Assembly (NCBI GenBank): GCA_965243025.1 | Contig: CBDETY010000003.1 | Coordinates: 1,504,001-1,568,000, forward strand | DNA from: Candidatus Latescibacterota bacterium | GTDB lineage: Bacteria > Latescibacterota > UBA2968 > UBA8231 | DNA length: 64,000 nucleotides | Direction of reading: 5' to 3' | Shown: positions 1 through 9,685 of the stretch, in pieces | Numbering within the stretch: the first letter of the stretch is position 1 | Layout of the letters: every line of letters begins with the position of its first letter | Position numbers and translations under genes: made by a program | The notes under the pieces: generated by a model | Seen by the model: the letters and a program-made list of their open reading frames with translations, nothing else | Database searches by the model: none | What the model was told of the DNA's origin: nothing

Positions 1-1077
1 TCCCTCCACCGCCACATCAGCGCCACCTACCGCTTCGACAGCTTTTCCGACGGATTCGTCGAAATCCTGGCGGCCGAGCAGACCATGGAAAACGCCGGCT
101 GGTACCAGGGGACCGCGGACGCGGTGCGCCGGCAGATGCACCGCGTACTGTCGCACAAGGCGACCGAGTGCCTGATTCTCTCGGGGGACCACCTCTACCG
201 CATGGATTACCGCCCCTTCGTCGAGCAGCACAGGCAGCGGCGGTCCGACGTGACCATCGCCGTCAAGCCGGTTCCCCGCTACGCGGCCCCGGAGCTGGGA
301 ATCCTGAAGGTCGACGGAGACGGGCGCGTCGTCGACTTCGTGGAAAAGCCGCAGTCCGAGGCGGTTCTCGACGAGCTCAGGCTCCCGGACGGCGGCCGCG
401 AGGGTGAGGAGATGTTCCTCGCCTCGATGGGAGTCTACCTGTTCGAGTGTTCGGTGCTGACCAGCATGCTGGTAGCAAGCGACGAGGACGACTTCGGCAG
501 GGACATCATACCCGGGGCCATCGACAAGGTCGCGGTTTTCGCCCACAGGTTCGAAGGGTACTGGCAGGACATCGGCAGCATCCGCTCCTTCTACGATGCC
601 AACATGATGCTGACGGACCGCGAGCCTGCTTTCGAGTTCTACCGGCCGGACGCGCCGGTCTACACACACCAGCGCTACCTGGCCGGCACCCGGGTGGAGA
701 ACTGCCGCATCGACCGCAGCATCGTCGCCGAGGGCTGCCGCATCAGCGAGGCGGAGATCGAGCGCTCCGTCATCGGGGTCAGAAGCATCATCGCCGAGGA
801 GTCCCGGCTGTACAACACCGTTCTGATGGGGGCCGACTACTACGAGTCCCCGCGGGACCACGAGCGGCGCCTGTCGCTCGGTCTGCCGGCCGTCGGCATC
901 GGCGCCGGGACCGTGATACACCGCGCCATCGTCGACAAGAACGCCCGCATCGGGGAAAAGGTGATCATCGCCAACGAGGGCAACGTCGACCACGCCGACG
1001 GGGAGGGGTACTGCATCCGCGACGGCATCGTCGTGGTGCCCAAGGACGCGGTCATTCCCGACGGCACCCGGGTGTAG
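1..1077 (+). CDS. glgC: Glucose-1-phosphate adenylyltransferase (ADP-glucose pyrophosphorylase), 5' truncated by window edge
   Basis: Frame open from base 1 (SLHRHISATYRFDSFSDGFVEILAAEQT). Motifs WYQGTADAVR, LSGDHLYRMDY, FVEKP, ASMGVY, DFGRDIIP, YWQDIG and a C-terminal beta-helix. Confidence 0.95.
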   Translation, partial: SLHRHISATYRFDSFSDGFVEILAAEQTMENAGWYQGTADAVRRQMHRVLSHKATECLILSGDHLYRMDYRPFVEQHRQRRSDVTIAVKPVPRYAAPELGILKVDGDGRVVDFVEKPQSEAVLDELRLPDGGREGEEMFLASMGVYLFECSVLTSMLVASDEDDFGRDIIPGAIDKVAVFAHRFEGYWQDIGSIRSFYDANMMLTDREPAFEFYRPDAPVYTHQRYLAGTRVENCRIDRSIVAEGCRISEAEIERSVIGVRSIIAEESRLYNTVLMGADYYESPRDHERRLSLGLPAVGIGAGTVIHRAIVDKNARIGEKVIIANEGNVDHADGEGYCIRDGIVVVPKDAVIPDGTRV

Positions 1078-1147
1078 CAACGGCGCGCGAGTCAGCGGCC
1101 GGATGCATCCGGGATTGCGCGCAAAGGCACCGCCATCCCGCCCCGGA

Positions 1148-2272
1148 TCAGATGTCGCTCACCGAGCCGTCCCCGGGATCCCGCCGCGCCGGGCGCAGCC
1201 GCCATTCCCGCAGCCTGTGCCGCTCCAACCCGTCCGGGTCGATCTCGATCCCGAGTCCGGGCCCCTGCGGCAGCTCGACGTAACCCCGGTTGAAAACGAG
1301 GGGGGTCTTGAACAGGCCTTCCCCGGCGCCGCCCCCGAACTCGTGGATCAGCAGGTTGGGGATCGCCGCGGCGGCCTGAATGGAGGCGGCCACTCCGACG
1401 GCGTCGGCAGCCGAGTGGGGGGCCATGGCGATGTAGTGGACCTCGGCGCAGGCGGCGATCCTCCTCATCTCGAGGATGCCGCCGCAGTGGCGGATGTCCG
1501 GCTGCAGCACCGCGGCGGCCTTCTTTTCACAGATCTCGCGAAAACCCCACCGGGTCGTGTTGCGCTCCCCGGTGGCGATCGGGATGGTCGTCGACCGCGT
1601 TATCTCCAGCAGGGCGTCGACGTTCTCGGGATGGGTGGGCTCCTCGACGAACATCGGGAAGAGCGGCTCGAGCTCGCGCAGCAGGAGCCGGGCCATCGCC
1701 GGGCTCACGGCGCGGTGGAAGTCGACGGCCACGTCGACCTCGCTGCCGACCGCCTCGCGCACCGCGGCGACGCGGCTCACCGCAGCGGCGATCGCAGCCG
1801 GGGTGTCGATGTAACGGACCGGATCGGGGAAGGGAGTCAGCTTGACGGCGGTGAATCCCCGGCCGACCGCGTCCCGGGCGCTGGCCGCGAACTCCTCCGG
1901 GGTTGTTCCGCCTGCGGCGGCGTAGACCCTGATGCGGTCGCGGCAGCTGCCGCCCAGGAGCCTCCATACCGGAACGTCGAGCGATTTCCCCAGAATGTCG
2001 AGACAGGCCATCTCGACGCCGCTGAGGGCGGAGAGCAGGATCGGCATCTGGCGGCTGTAGCTGGAGCGGAACAGCGCCTGCCAGTGGTCCTCCACCTGGC
2101 GCGGGTCCCTGCCGACCAGGTAATCAGCCATATCGGCGACGGCCCGTGAGACCGTGCGGCCGTGCTCGTAGTTCATCGGCGAGCCCAGTCCAACCAGGCC
2201 CTCGTCGGTCCGCATCTGGAGCAGCAGGCCGCGGCGCTCGATCGGAGTTACATCGAGTCCGGTGATCTTCAC
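1148..2272 (-). CDS. Galactonate dehydratase-like enolase-superfamily (mandelate racemase) protein
   Basis: GRDPRQVEDHWQ, ALSGVEMACLDI, VDFH, FVEEP, IATGER, LQPD, APH motifs of the DgoD-like subgroup. Confidence 0.85.
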   Translation of the reverse strand: MKITGLDVTPIERRGLLLQMRTDEGLVGLGSPMNYEHGRTVSRAVADMADYLVGRDPRQVEDHWQALFRSSYSRQMPILLSALSGVEMACLDILGKSLDVPVWRLLGGSCRDRIRVYAAAGGTTPEEFAASARDAVGRGFTAVKLTPFPDPVRYIDTPAAIAAAVSRVAAVREAVGSEVDVAVDFHRAVSPAMARLLLRELEPLFPMFVEEPTHPENVDALLEITRSTTIPIATGERNTTRWGFREICEKKAAAVLQPDIRHCGGILEMRRIAACAEVHYIAMAPHSAADAVGVAASIQAAAAIPNLLIHEFGGGAGEGLFKTPLVFNRGYVELPQGPGLGIEIDPDGLERHRLREWRLRPARRDPGDGSVSDI

Positions 2273-2333
2273 CAGTCGACCCGGGGTCGCCGAGGCCGGG
2301 ATCCGGGAACCCTGAGGAAAGAGGGGGAAGGGC

Positions 2334-3080
2334 TCAAGGAGCGACCGCCTCCGCGTAGGCCGCCCGCGCCGCCCCTTCGAGCAGCCTGAAGTCGCTGTTG
2401 AGGTCGATGAAAAGGAATCCCTCCGCGGTCCTGCGCCGCGCCTCGTCCCCGCTTTTCACCGGGATCCCGCACGGCTTGCCGGCGCGTTCGCAGCCCTGGC
2501 GGAACGACTGCAGGGCCGCTTCGTGATCGGGGTGGCCGGCCTCGACCCCCATGGACAGGGCGAGATCCCCGGGGCCGAGGAAGCCGATGTCGACCCCCTC
2601 GACCGCGGCGATCGCCTCGCTGTTCCCGATCCCCTCCATGTCCTCGATCTGGGGAATGCAGAGGATGACGTCGTCGCAGCGGTCCCGGTAATCGGGAGAC
2701 ATGGTGACGCAGCGGCCCGTGCCGGAGGAGCGCAGACCGCGCGGCGGGTAGCGCACCGAAGAGGCGAGCCGTTCCGCCTGCTCCGGGGTGCTGACGTGGG
2801 GGAAGACGATGCCCAGGGCCCCGGCATCGAGAAGGCGCCCGGCGGTGGCCGGCTCGTGATCCCATGCCCGCGCCAGCGGCACCGCTCCGCGGGCCTCGAT
2901 GGCCCGGAAGGTCCGGGTGATGGAATCGAGGTCGAAGGGGCCGTGCTCGGCGTCGACGCACAACCACGGGTACCCGGCAGCGGCCATGACTTCGGCGGCC
3001 AGGGGGGAGGCCAGGTTGAGCCAGGATCCGACCGACGGTCTGCCGGCGGCCAGGGCCTCGCGTATGGGGGACTCTTTCAT
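2334..3080 (-). CDS. HpcH/HpaI-family 2-keto-3-deoxy sugar-acid aldolase
   Basis: VDAEHG, LDAGALGIVFPHV, RYPPRGLR, QIED, FLGPGDLALSMG. Confidence 0.9.
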   Translation of the reverse strand: MKESPIREALAAGRPSVGSWLNLASPLAAEVMAAAGYPWLCVDAEHGPFDLDSITRTFRAIEARGAVPLARAWDHEPATAGRLLDAGALGIVFPHVSTPEQAERLASSVRYPPRGLRSSGTGRCVTMSPDYRDRCDDVILCIPQIEDMEGIGNSEAIAAVEGVDIGFLGPGDLALSMGVEAGHPDHEAALQSFRQGCERAGKPCGIPVKSGDEARRRTAEGFLFIDLNSDFRLLEGAARAAYAEAVAP

Positions 3081-3114
3081 CGCGGATCTTCAGCCTTTCT
3101 CTTTCTGGAAGCTT

Positions 3115-3843
3115 TCAGGAGCAGATCGACTTCATTCTGTCCGCCACCCATTCGATGGCGTAGTCGGAGACCACCCGGCCCTTGTGGGGGGTCGCCAGGT
3201 CGCGGGCGGCCCGGTAGTATATCGGGTCCTTTTCGCGGTAGTTGTCGGCCTGGATGTCGAACTTTTCCCGGTCGTAGTCGACGTCCTCCCAGTGCACGTT
3301 TTCGGGGAACGCCGCCATTGCCATCGAGGTCTCGAACTCGGCGGCGTGGGCGGGGCAGTCCCCCGACTCGAGGTGCTCGGCGACGAACTCCTGCGGATAC
3401 GACTCCCAGTAGGAGCAGAACTCGACGTCGATGCCCAGCTTCCGGCGGAACTCCTCCATGTGCTCTCGAAGGGGGCCGTTTCCGGCGTGTCCGTTGACGA
3501 TCAGGATGTGCTCGATGCCGTGGCGCTGCAGGCTCTCGCAGATGTCGAAGGCGACCGCTGCGAAAGTCTCGCGGCGCAGGCTCAAGGTGCCCTTCCACTC
3601 CATCCAGTGCTCGGAAATGCCGACGGGGATCGGCGTCGCCACGACAACCGACGGGTACAGGGCCAGGGCGGCCTGGTGGGCGACGTACGTGGCGCTGGCG
3701 GTGTCGTGCTCCATGGCGAGGTGCTCGTTGTGCTGCTCGGTGCTTCCCGTCGGCAGCAGGGCTCCCTTCAGTTCGCCGGCGGCGAGACGCTCGCGCACCT
3801 GCTTGCGCGTCAGCTTCCAGAGTCTGACTTCACCTGATTTCAC
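3115..3843 (-). CDS. Creatininase/amidohydrolase family protein
   Basis: LPTGSTEQHNEHL, DT, GISEHW, VNGHAGN, HAAEFETS. GTG start at 3843 preceded by AAAGGAG SD (the ORF track starts at 3867). Confidence 0.85.
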   Translation of the reverse strand: MKSGEVRLWKLTRKQVRERLAAGELKGALLPTGSTEQHNEHLAMEHDTASATYVAHQAALALYPSVVVATPIPVGISEHWMEWKGTLSLRRETFAAVAFDICESLQRHGIEHILIVNGHAGNGPLREHMEEFRRKLGIDVEFCSYWESYPQEFVAEHLESGDCPAHAAEFETSMAMAAFPENVHWEDVDYDREKFDIQADNYREKDPIYYRAARDLATPHKGRVVSDYAIEWVADRMKSICS

Positions 3844-4058
3844 AATCGCTCCTTTCCGGGTTCTCATCCACCGCGGCGGAAATCGCCCCCGGCCGCAGAA
3901 TGCTTCTCATGCCGGGCCGGTCCGGTGAAGGGGGACAAGGTGACCGGCAGGGGGGGTTCCGGCAAGCGCTCCACAGCCTGGAAGACCGCCCGGTGCGCAG
4001 ACTTCCCCCCAAAAGGAGTTGCAGGGTCAGCCCGGGGTGAACGGGGAGGCGGGCGGTG

Positions 4059-5201
4059 TCAGGCTTCCGACTCGATCAGCCTGTCGACCTCGGCGGTGAG
4101 GCGGTCGAGAACTTCGTCGTAGGAGAAGCGTCCGATCAGTTCCGGGCCCCGCTTGAGATTCACGAAGGTCGGGGCGCACCAGAGCCCGAGATCGGCGTCG
4201 TCGGTCTCTCCGGGTCCGTTTACGCGGCACCCCATCACGGCAATGGTGATGGAGTGGCTCGCGGCGTAGGCCGTGACCTCCCGGACCTTGAGGGCGAGAT
4301 CGACGAAGGCGTTGTTTTCGACGCGGGAGCAGGAAGGGCAGGAGATGATGTTCAGCCCTTCGGGCCTGTATTCCGGAACGGACCGGAAGCGGCCGTTGGC
4401 GATGTCGTCGAGAATCTGTCTGCCGACGCGGACCTCCTCCCCCTTGTCGTCGAACGGCAGCGTCAGGGAAACGCGGATCGTGTCCCCTATGCCCTGGGAG
4501 ATCAGCTGCTCGAAAGCAACGCGGGTCTTGATGACGCCGTCCGGGGGCATGCCGGCCTCGGTGACGCCGAGGTGAAGGGGCACGTCGGGGCGCTGCGCGG
4601 CGAACCGCTTGTTGGCTTCGATGACCTTGTTGGGGTCGGAATCCTTCAGCGACACGCAGTAGCGGGTGAAGCCGAGGCCGTCGAGCATCTCGCAGTGCTC
4701 GAAGGCGGAGGCGAGCATCGGCGAGATCGAATCCTCCGGATCGAAGCGGGCGACCTGATCCGGGTCGACGGAACCGCAGTTTACCCCCACTCGAATGGCG
4801 CAGTCGTTCGCCGCGGCGGTGTCGGCGAGGAAGGCGACCTTGTCCCGCACCGGCCGCGCGGTTTCGTGGTGATACAGGTGGCCGGGGTTGTAGCGGATTT
4901 TCTGCAGGTGGGGGGCGACGGCGGTCGCCAGGCGGTAGTTTTCCTGCAGGTCGACGGAAAGGGGAGTGTCGGTCTCACCCGCGATGCGGGTCAGGGCCTC
5001 GGCGTCTTTGCGGCTGTCGATGGCGACTCGAATGATGTCGGCGCCGGCCTCCTCGAGCAGACGGACCTGCCTGGCAGTAGCCTCGACATCCTGGGTCCTC
5101 GTCGCCGCCATGCTCTGAACGGCGATCGGATGGCCCTTGCCGATCGTCGTGCTGCCGATCCGCACCGTTCTCGTCGGGTTGCGCTGGGGCGGGTTGGTCA
5201 T
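4059..5201 (-). CDS. ispG: (E)-4-hydroxy-3-methylbut-2-enyl-diphosphate synthase
   Basis: [61 protein letters not shown]. Confidence 0.96.
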   Translation of the reverse strand: MTNPPQRNPTRTVRIGSTTIGKGHPIAVQSMAATRTQDVEATARQVRLLEEAGADIIRVAIDSRKDAEALTRIAGETDTPLSVDLQENYRLATAVAPHLQKIRYNPGHLYHHETARPVRDKVAFLADTAAANDCAIRVGVNCGSVDPDQVARFDPEDSISPMLASAFEHCEMLDGLGFTRYCVSLKDSDPNKVIEANKRFAAQRPDVPLHLGVTEAGMPPDGVIKTRVAFEQLISQGIGDTIRVSLTLPFDDKGEEVRVGRQILDDIANGRFRSVPEYRPEGLNIISCPSCSRVENNAFVDLALKVREVTAYAASHSITIAVMGCRVNGPGETDDADLGLWCAPTFVNLKRGPELIGRFSYDEVLDRLTAEVDRLIESEA

Positions 5202-5254
5202 TTCCGGACATCCGGTCTTGAAATGGAGCGCCGTGACGCGGTCTGTTCCAAGAG

Positions 5255-5284
5255 ATTATATGGAGGTCGTTTGGAGCCTGTCAA
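5255..5284 (-). promoter_or_regulatory. Consensus sigma70 promoter for ispG
   Basis: Minus strand TTGACA-N18-TATAAT, about 55 bp upstream of the ispG ATG. Confidence 0.8.
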
Positions 5285-5392
5285 AGCAGTTTCCCGGTTT
5301 GAAGACCACCGGAATCCGGGGTCCGGGCACCGTCTCCATGCCCCTGGCGTAACCGCCCGGAGGGGTTTGCAACGCAAGCAATCGAGGCGCAT

Positions 5393-6511
5393 TTGACTGA
5401 CCGGATCGACAAGGGCGGCCCCAGCCTGCCGCCCGCCGACATCGACGGCCTCCTCGAGGATTTCGGCGAGATCCTCCGCAGCGGCCGGCTCACACAAGGG
5501 GAGTTCCTCGACCGCTTCGAACGGGAGTTTTCCGAGTACGTGGGGGTCTCCCACGCCGTCGGCATGAGCTCCGGTACGGCACCCCTCGAGACCGCCATGC
5601 GGCATTTCGGCGTCGAGGGGGGCGAAGTGATCGTGCCGACCAACACCTTCGCCGCCACCCCCAACGCCGTGATTCTCGCCGGGGGAACCCCGGTATTCGC
5701 CGACCTCGACCCGTCGACGCTCTGCAGCGGCCGGGCCGAGATCGAAGGACTGCTGACCGCGCGCACCCGGGGCGTTATCGCCGTTCACGTAGCCGGGCTC
5801 GTCGTGCCGGGCATCGACGCCATGGCCGCGTGGTGCCGCGCCCACTCCCTCTTTCTGCTCGAGGACGCCGCCCATGCCCATGGCTCCCGGATCGGGGGCC
5901 GCTGCGCCGGCTCCCTTGCCGATGCGGCATCCTTCAGCTTCTATCCCTCCAAGGTGATGACCAGCGGGGAAGGGGGGATGCTGACGACGGACGATCCCGG
6001 GCTGGCGGCCTTCGCCCGCAGCTTCCGGTCCCACGGGCAGGCCGCCGACAGCCGCAGCATCGTGCGGCTCGGCAGCAACTACCGCCTTCCCGAGTTCAGC
6101 GCCGCCCTCGGCCTGAGCCAGCTGCGCCGGCTCGATGCAATCGTCGCCGGGCGCGCCCGCCTGGCGGATCGCTACCGGCACCGGCTCGGCCGCCGAAGCG
6201 ACATCCGGCTGATCGCCACCCCGGAAAACCAGGTTCACTCCCACTACAAGCTTCCCCTTGTCCTGCCCCCGGGAATGCAGCGGGACCGCATGGCGGCGTC
6301 GCTTTCGGCCCGGGGGATTGCCACGGGAAGCATCTACTGGCCCCCCTGTCACCTCGAGCCCTACTACCTCGGACGGGCCGGGGATTTCCCGGCGCGCTGT
6401 CCGCTGGCCGAGGATGTCCTTGGCAGGACCCTGACCCTGCCCCTGCACGGCGGCATGAGCCTCGAGGACGTGGACCGGGTCTGCGACTCGGTGGTGCGTG
6501 CGCTCGCTTGA
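5393..6511 (+). CDS. DegT/DnrJ/EryC1/StrS PLP-dependent sugar aminotransferase
   Basis: SSGTAPL, VPTNTFAAT, EDAAHAHG, FSFYPSKVMTSGEGG, GSNYR. TTG start. Confidence 0.9.
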   Translation: MTDRIDKGGPSLPPADIDGLLEDFGEILRSGRLTQGEFLDRFEREFSEYVGVSHAVGMSSGTAPLETAMRHFGVEGGEVIVPTNTFAATPNAVILAGGTPVFADLDPSTLCSGRAEIEGLLTARTRGVIAVHVAGLVVPGIDAMAAWCRAHSLFLLEDAAHAHGSRIGGRCAGSLADAASFSFYPSKVMTSGEGGMLTTDDPGLAAFARSFRSHGQAADSRSIVRLGSNYRLPEFSAALGLSQLRRLDAIVAGRARLADRYRHRLGRRSDIRLIATPENQVHSHYKLPLVLPPGMQRDRMAASLSARGIATGSIYWPPCHLEPYYLGRAGDFPARCPLAEDVLGRTLTLPLHGGMSLEDVDRVCDSVVRALA

Positions 6512-6512
6512 A

Positions 6513-6537
6513 TCCGGGGGAACCCGGGGTTTTTTTT
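6513..6537 (+). terminator. Rho-independent terminator-like hairpin
   Basis: TCCGGG-GGAA-CCCGGG stem with GNRA loop followed by T8, immediately after the DegT stop codon. Confidence 0.6.
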
Positions 6538-6547
6538 GCGCGTTCCA

Positions 6548-6575
6548 ATCAGTAAGTCATCGTTTACTTACCGAT
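6548..6575. promoter_or_regulatory. Palindromic operator, probable TetR autoregulatory site
   Basis: ATCAGTAAGT-N8-ACTTACCGAT (9/10 inverted repeat) overlapping the TetR ATG at 6574. Confidence 0.65.
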
Positions 6576-7167
6576 GAGACCGAACCGAAGGAACGAAATC
6601 GTCGCCGCCGCCATCCGGGAGGCCTCCCGTCACGGCGTCAGCGGGTCCACTGTCCGCGCTATCGCCGCCGAGGCGGGAGTCACGGAGGGGGCGATATACA
6701 GGCACTTCTCCAGCAAGGAGGAGCTGTGCCAGGCCGCGTACTGCCAGATCGTCGCGGAAATGGCGGAGCAGAAACAGGCCATTGTGCGAAGCCCCGGACC
6801 GATACCGCACAAGTTCCGCTCCTGGATACAGGTGACCTACGAGTATTTCGACCGCTTTCCCGAGGCTTTCGCCTACGTCCTGCTCAAGGATCACGATTTT
6901 CCGCCGGAGATCCGGGAGGTCGCAGGGCGGCAGGGGCGGATGCTGACCGGCATGATCGAGGAGGCGGTCGCCGGGGGGGAGATCGATGAGATCGACCCCA
7001 TTCTGGCCGTCAGCCACTTCACCGGCATCATGCTCAACCTCCCCAGGTTGATCGGCGAATCTTCCATTTCGGGTCCGGCGGTGCGGTACCTCGACGACGT
7101 CGCCGGGGCGGTCTACCGCGTCTTCGGGATTCCCACCGGCAGGGAGGAAATGCATGCCGGAGAATAA
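6574..7167 (+). CDS. TetR/AcrR family transcriptional regulator
   Basis: N-terminal HTH TVRAIAAEAGVTEGAIYRHFSSKEEL. Confidence 0.93.
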   Translation: MRPNRRNEIVAAAIREASRHGVSGSTVRAIAAEAGVTEGAIYRHFSSKEELCQAAYCQIVAEMAEQKQAIVRSPGPIPHKFRSWIQVTYEYFDRFPEAFAYVLLKDHDFPPEIREVAGRQGRMLTGMIEEAVAGGEIDEIDPILAVSHFTGIMLNLPRLIGESSISGPAVRYLDDVAGAVYRVFGIPTGREEMHAGE

Positions 7168-7792
7168 CAATCGCGTCCTGGTCCTCGCCCCGCACACCGA
7201 CGACGGCGAATTCGGTTGCGGTGGCACGATCACCCGCCTGATCGAGGAGGGGCGCAAGGTTTACTACGCGGCGTTTTCGACCGCCGAGGAGTCGGTGCCG
7301 GCGGAGTTCCCACCTGACGTTCTGGAGACCGAGGTGAGGGAAGGAACGCGCGCCCTCGGGATCGCCGGCGAAAACCTGCTGATCTACAAGTACCGCGTCC
7401 GCCACCTCCCGCACGTCCGCCAGGAAATCCTCGAAGAGCTGGTGCGCCTGCGGAGGGACCTCAGGCCTTCGACCGTTTTTCTCCCGAGCAGCCACGACCT
7501 GCACCAGGATCACCAGACCGTGTACATGGAGGGGCTGCGCGCCTTCAAGATGGAAACGGTTCTGGCCTACGAGCTTCCCTGGAACAACATCAGCTTCGAC
7601 TGCCGCCATTTCGTCGCCCTCCAGCGCCGCCACGTCGCCACCAAGGTCGAGGCCCTGAAGTGCTACCGGTCCCAGAATTCCCGCCCCTACAGCGAGGAGG
7701 ACTTCATCTGGAGCTGGGCGAGGAGCCGCGGGGTCCAGATCTCGGTCGACTACGCCGAGGCCTTCGACGTCTTGCGGTGGGTCATGCCATGA
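7154..7792 (+). CDS. PIG-L/LmbE family N-acetyl-sugar deacetylase
   Basis: LAPHTDDGEFGCGG, DLHQDH, YAEAF motifs. Confidence 0.9.
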   Translation: MPENNNRVLVLAPHTDDGEFGCGGTITRLIEEGRKVYYAAFSTAEESVPAEFPPDVLETEVREGTRALGIAGENLLIYKYRVRHLPHVRQEILEELVRLRRDLRPSTVFLPSSHDLHQDHQTVYMEGLRAFKMETVLAYELPWNNISFDCRHFVALQRRHVATKVEALKCYRSQNSRPYSEEDFIWSWARSRGVQISVDYAEAFDVLRWVMP

Positions 7793-8526
7793 GCCCTGCA
7801 GGCAGCGGGGTTCGCAAGGGCGGAAACCGCGTTCTCACCGCCCACCAGCCGAACTACCTCCCATGGCTTGGCCTTTTTCACAGGGTTGCCCAGTCAGACG
7901 TCTGGGTGCTGGCCGACGACGTCCCGTTCAGCAAGCACGGGTACACGAACCGGGTTCGAGTGCGCACGGCCGCGGGCTGGCAGTGGCTGACGGTCCCGGT
8001 TCGGACCAGGGGGAGAAGAGGCCAGCAGATCAGGCAGGTGGAAACCTGCGGGGAAAACTGGCAGTCGAAACACTGGAGGACCCTGGAGTGGAACTACCGC
8101 GGCAGCTTTCATTTCGACGATTTCGCGCCGTTCCTCGCGAGCTTCTTCGAGGAGAGACGGTGGGACCTGCTGGTCGACGTCAACGTCGCGCTCTGCGATT
8201 TCCTGCGCCGCCAGCTCGGGATCGAGGTGGAGACGCGGTTGAGCTCGAGCCTGCAGCTGCGCCGTGAACGCAGCGAGCGGCTCGTCGACATGGCGCTCGC
8301 CTGCGGCTGCGACGTCTACCTCGCCGGGGGCGGGGGCTCGCGCCGCTACCTCGAGGAGTCCTGCTTTGCCGAGGCCGGGGTCGAGCTGCGGTTCGTCGAT
8401 TTCGAGCACCCGGAGTATCCCCAGTGCTTTCCGGGCTTCGAGGCCAACATGACCGCCCTCGACCTGCTGTTCAACTGCGGAGCGGAGTACGCGGGAAGGA
8501 TGATGGAGAGTGCCACGGGCTGCTAA
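7789..8526 (+). CDS. WbqC-like family protein (putative glycyltransferase of glycan biosynthesis)
   Basis: HQPNYLPWLG, YTNR, WLTVPV, YPQ, LDLLFN. ATGA overlap with PIG-L gives start 7789. Confidence 0.88.
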   Translation: MSPAGSGVRKGGNRVLTAHQPNYLPWLGLFHRVAQSDVWVLADDVPFSKHGYTNRVRVRTAAGWQWLTVPVRTRGRRGQQIRQVETCGENWQSKHWRTLEWNYRGSFHFDDFAPFLASFFEERRWDLLVDVNVALCDFLRRQLGIEVETRLSSSLQLRRERSERLVDMALACGCDVYLAGGGGSRRYLEESCFAEAGVELRFVDFEHPEYPQCFPGFEANMTALDLLFNCGAEYAGRMMESATGC

Positions 8527-9685
8527 GGTCTGCCAGCTGACCAACGTGCACAGTCCGCTCGATCAGCGCATCTACTACAAGGAGGCCTTCAGCCTGGCCG
8601 CGGCCGGGTACGAGGTCTGCGTGGCGGGCCCGGGACCCGGCGACATGGAAGGAGTGCGCGGGGGAGTGCGGGTGGTGACCGTTCCGCGGGGCCGCGGGGT
8701 CTCCGGACGCCTCGTCAACGCACTAGCGCTGTTTCGCAAGGCCGCTTCGATGCGGGCCGACATCTACCACTTTCACGATCCCGAGCTGCTTCCGTTGGGG
8801 TTGCTGTTGCGCCTCACCGGGAGCAAGGTCATCTACGACTGCCACGAGCATTTTCCCCAGACGGTGTACGTTCGCCGCTGGGTCCCCGGAATGCTGCGCC
8901 CCGCATTTTCCGTCGCCCTCGACCGCATCGAACGCATCTTCGCAAGGCATCTCAGCGGTGTGCTCGGGGTAGTCGAAGAGCAGGGGAGCAGATTCGGCCA
9001 CCGTCCGTTCGCCGCGGTAAGGAACTTCCCGCGCCTCGAATGGTTCGAAGCCAACGGCCATCCCGATGGCAGCGGACAACAGGAAGAGTGCGAGCTTCTC
9101 CACCTCGGCTCGCTGTCGCCCGACCGCGGCAGCGAATTTCTCGTCGATGTCATGCAGGAGCTGGGAAAGACGCATCCCGGGGTCCGGCTGCGCGCCGTCG
9201 GCCGTTTCCACACCGGCCAGGACGAGGCGAACTTCCGGCGCCGCCTCGAAACCTGCGGCCTGAAGGACCGCATACTCTGCAGGCAGGAGCTGGTACCCTA
9301 CAACCGTCTGGGACAGGTGATCCGGCGCCACAGGATCGGGCTGATTCCCGGCCAGATTTCCGTGAAGAACCTCGCTCCCTTCGTCCCCACCAAGCTGTTC
9401 GAGTACCTTGCCTGTGGAATTCCGGTGGTCGCCAGCGACCTGCCCTCGATCAGGGCCTTCTACGAGGAGGGGGACTGGGGGGCGATCGCCGACCCGTCCG
9501 ATCCTGCCGCTCACGCGCGGGAGATCTCGCGACTGCTCGAGGACCCGGCCGCCGCGGCGATCAAGGGGAAAAGGGGCCGGGTTCTGGTCGAGGAGCGCTA
9601 CAACTGGGGGCTCGAGTCCCGCAAGCTGATCGCCTTCTACGACCGCATCCGCAATGACGGCATTGATTTTGGGAAGGAGGAATGA
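8510..9685 (+). CDS. Glycosyltransferase family 4 (GT-B)
   Basis: HSPLDQRIYYKE, YHFHDPEL, IYDCHE, PTKLFEYLACGIPVVASD, YNW. Confidence 0.9.
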   Translation: MPRAAKVCQLTNVHSPLDQRIYYKEAFSLAAAGYEVCVAGPGPGDMEGVRGGVRVVTVPRGRGVSGRLVNALALFRKAASMRADIYHFHDPELLPLGLLLRLTGSKVIYDCHEHFPQTVYVRRWVPGMLRPAFSVALDRIERIFARHLSGVLGVVEEQGSRFGHRPFAAVRNFPRLEWFEANGHPDGSGQQEECELLHLGSLSPDRGSEFLVDVMQELGKTHPGVRLRAVGRFHTGQDEANFRRRLETCGLKDRILCRQELVPYNRLGQVIRRHRIGLIPGQISVKNLAPFVPTKLFEYLACGIPVVASDLPSIRAFYEEGDWGAIADPSDPAAHAREISRLLEDPAAAAIKGKRGRVLVEERYNWGLESRKLIAFYDRIRNDGIDFGKEE

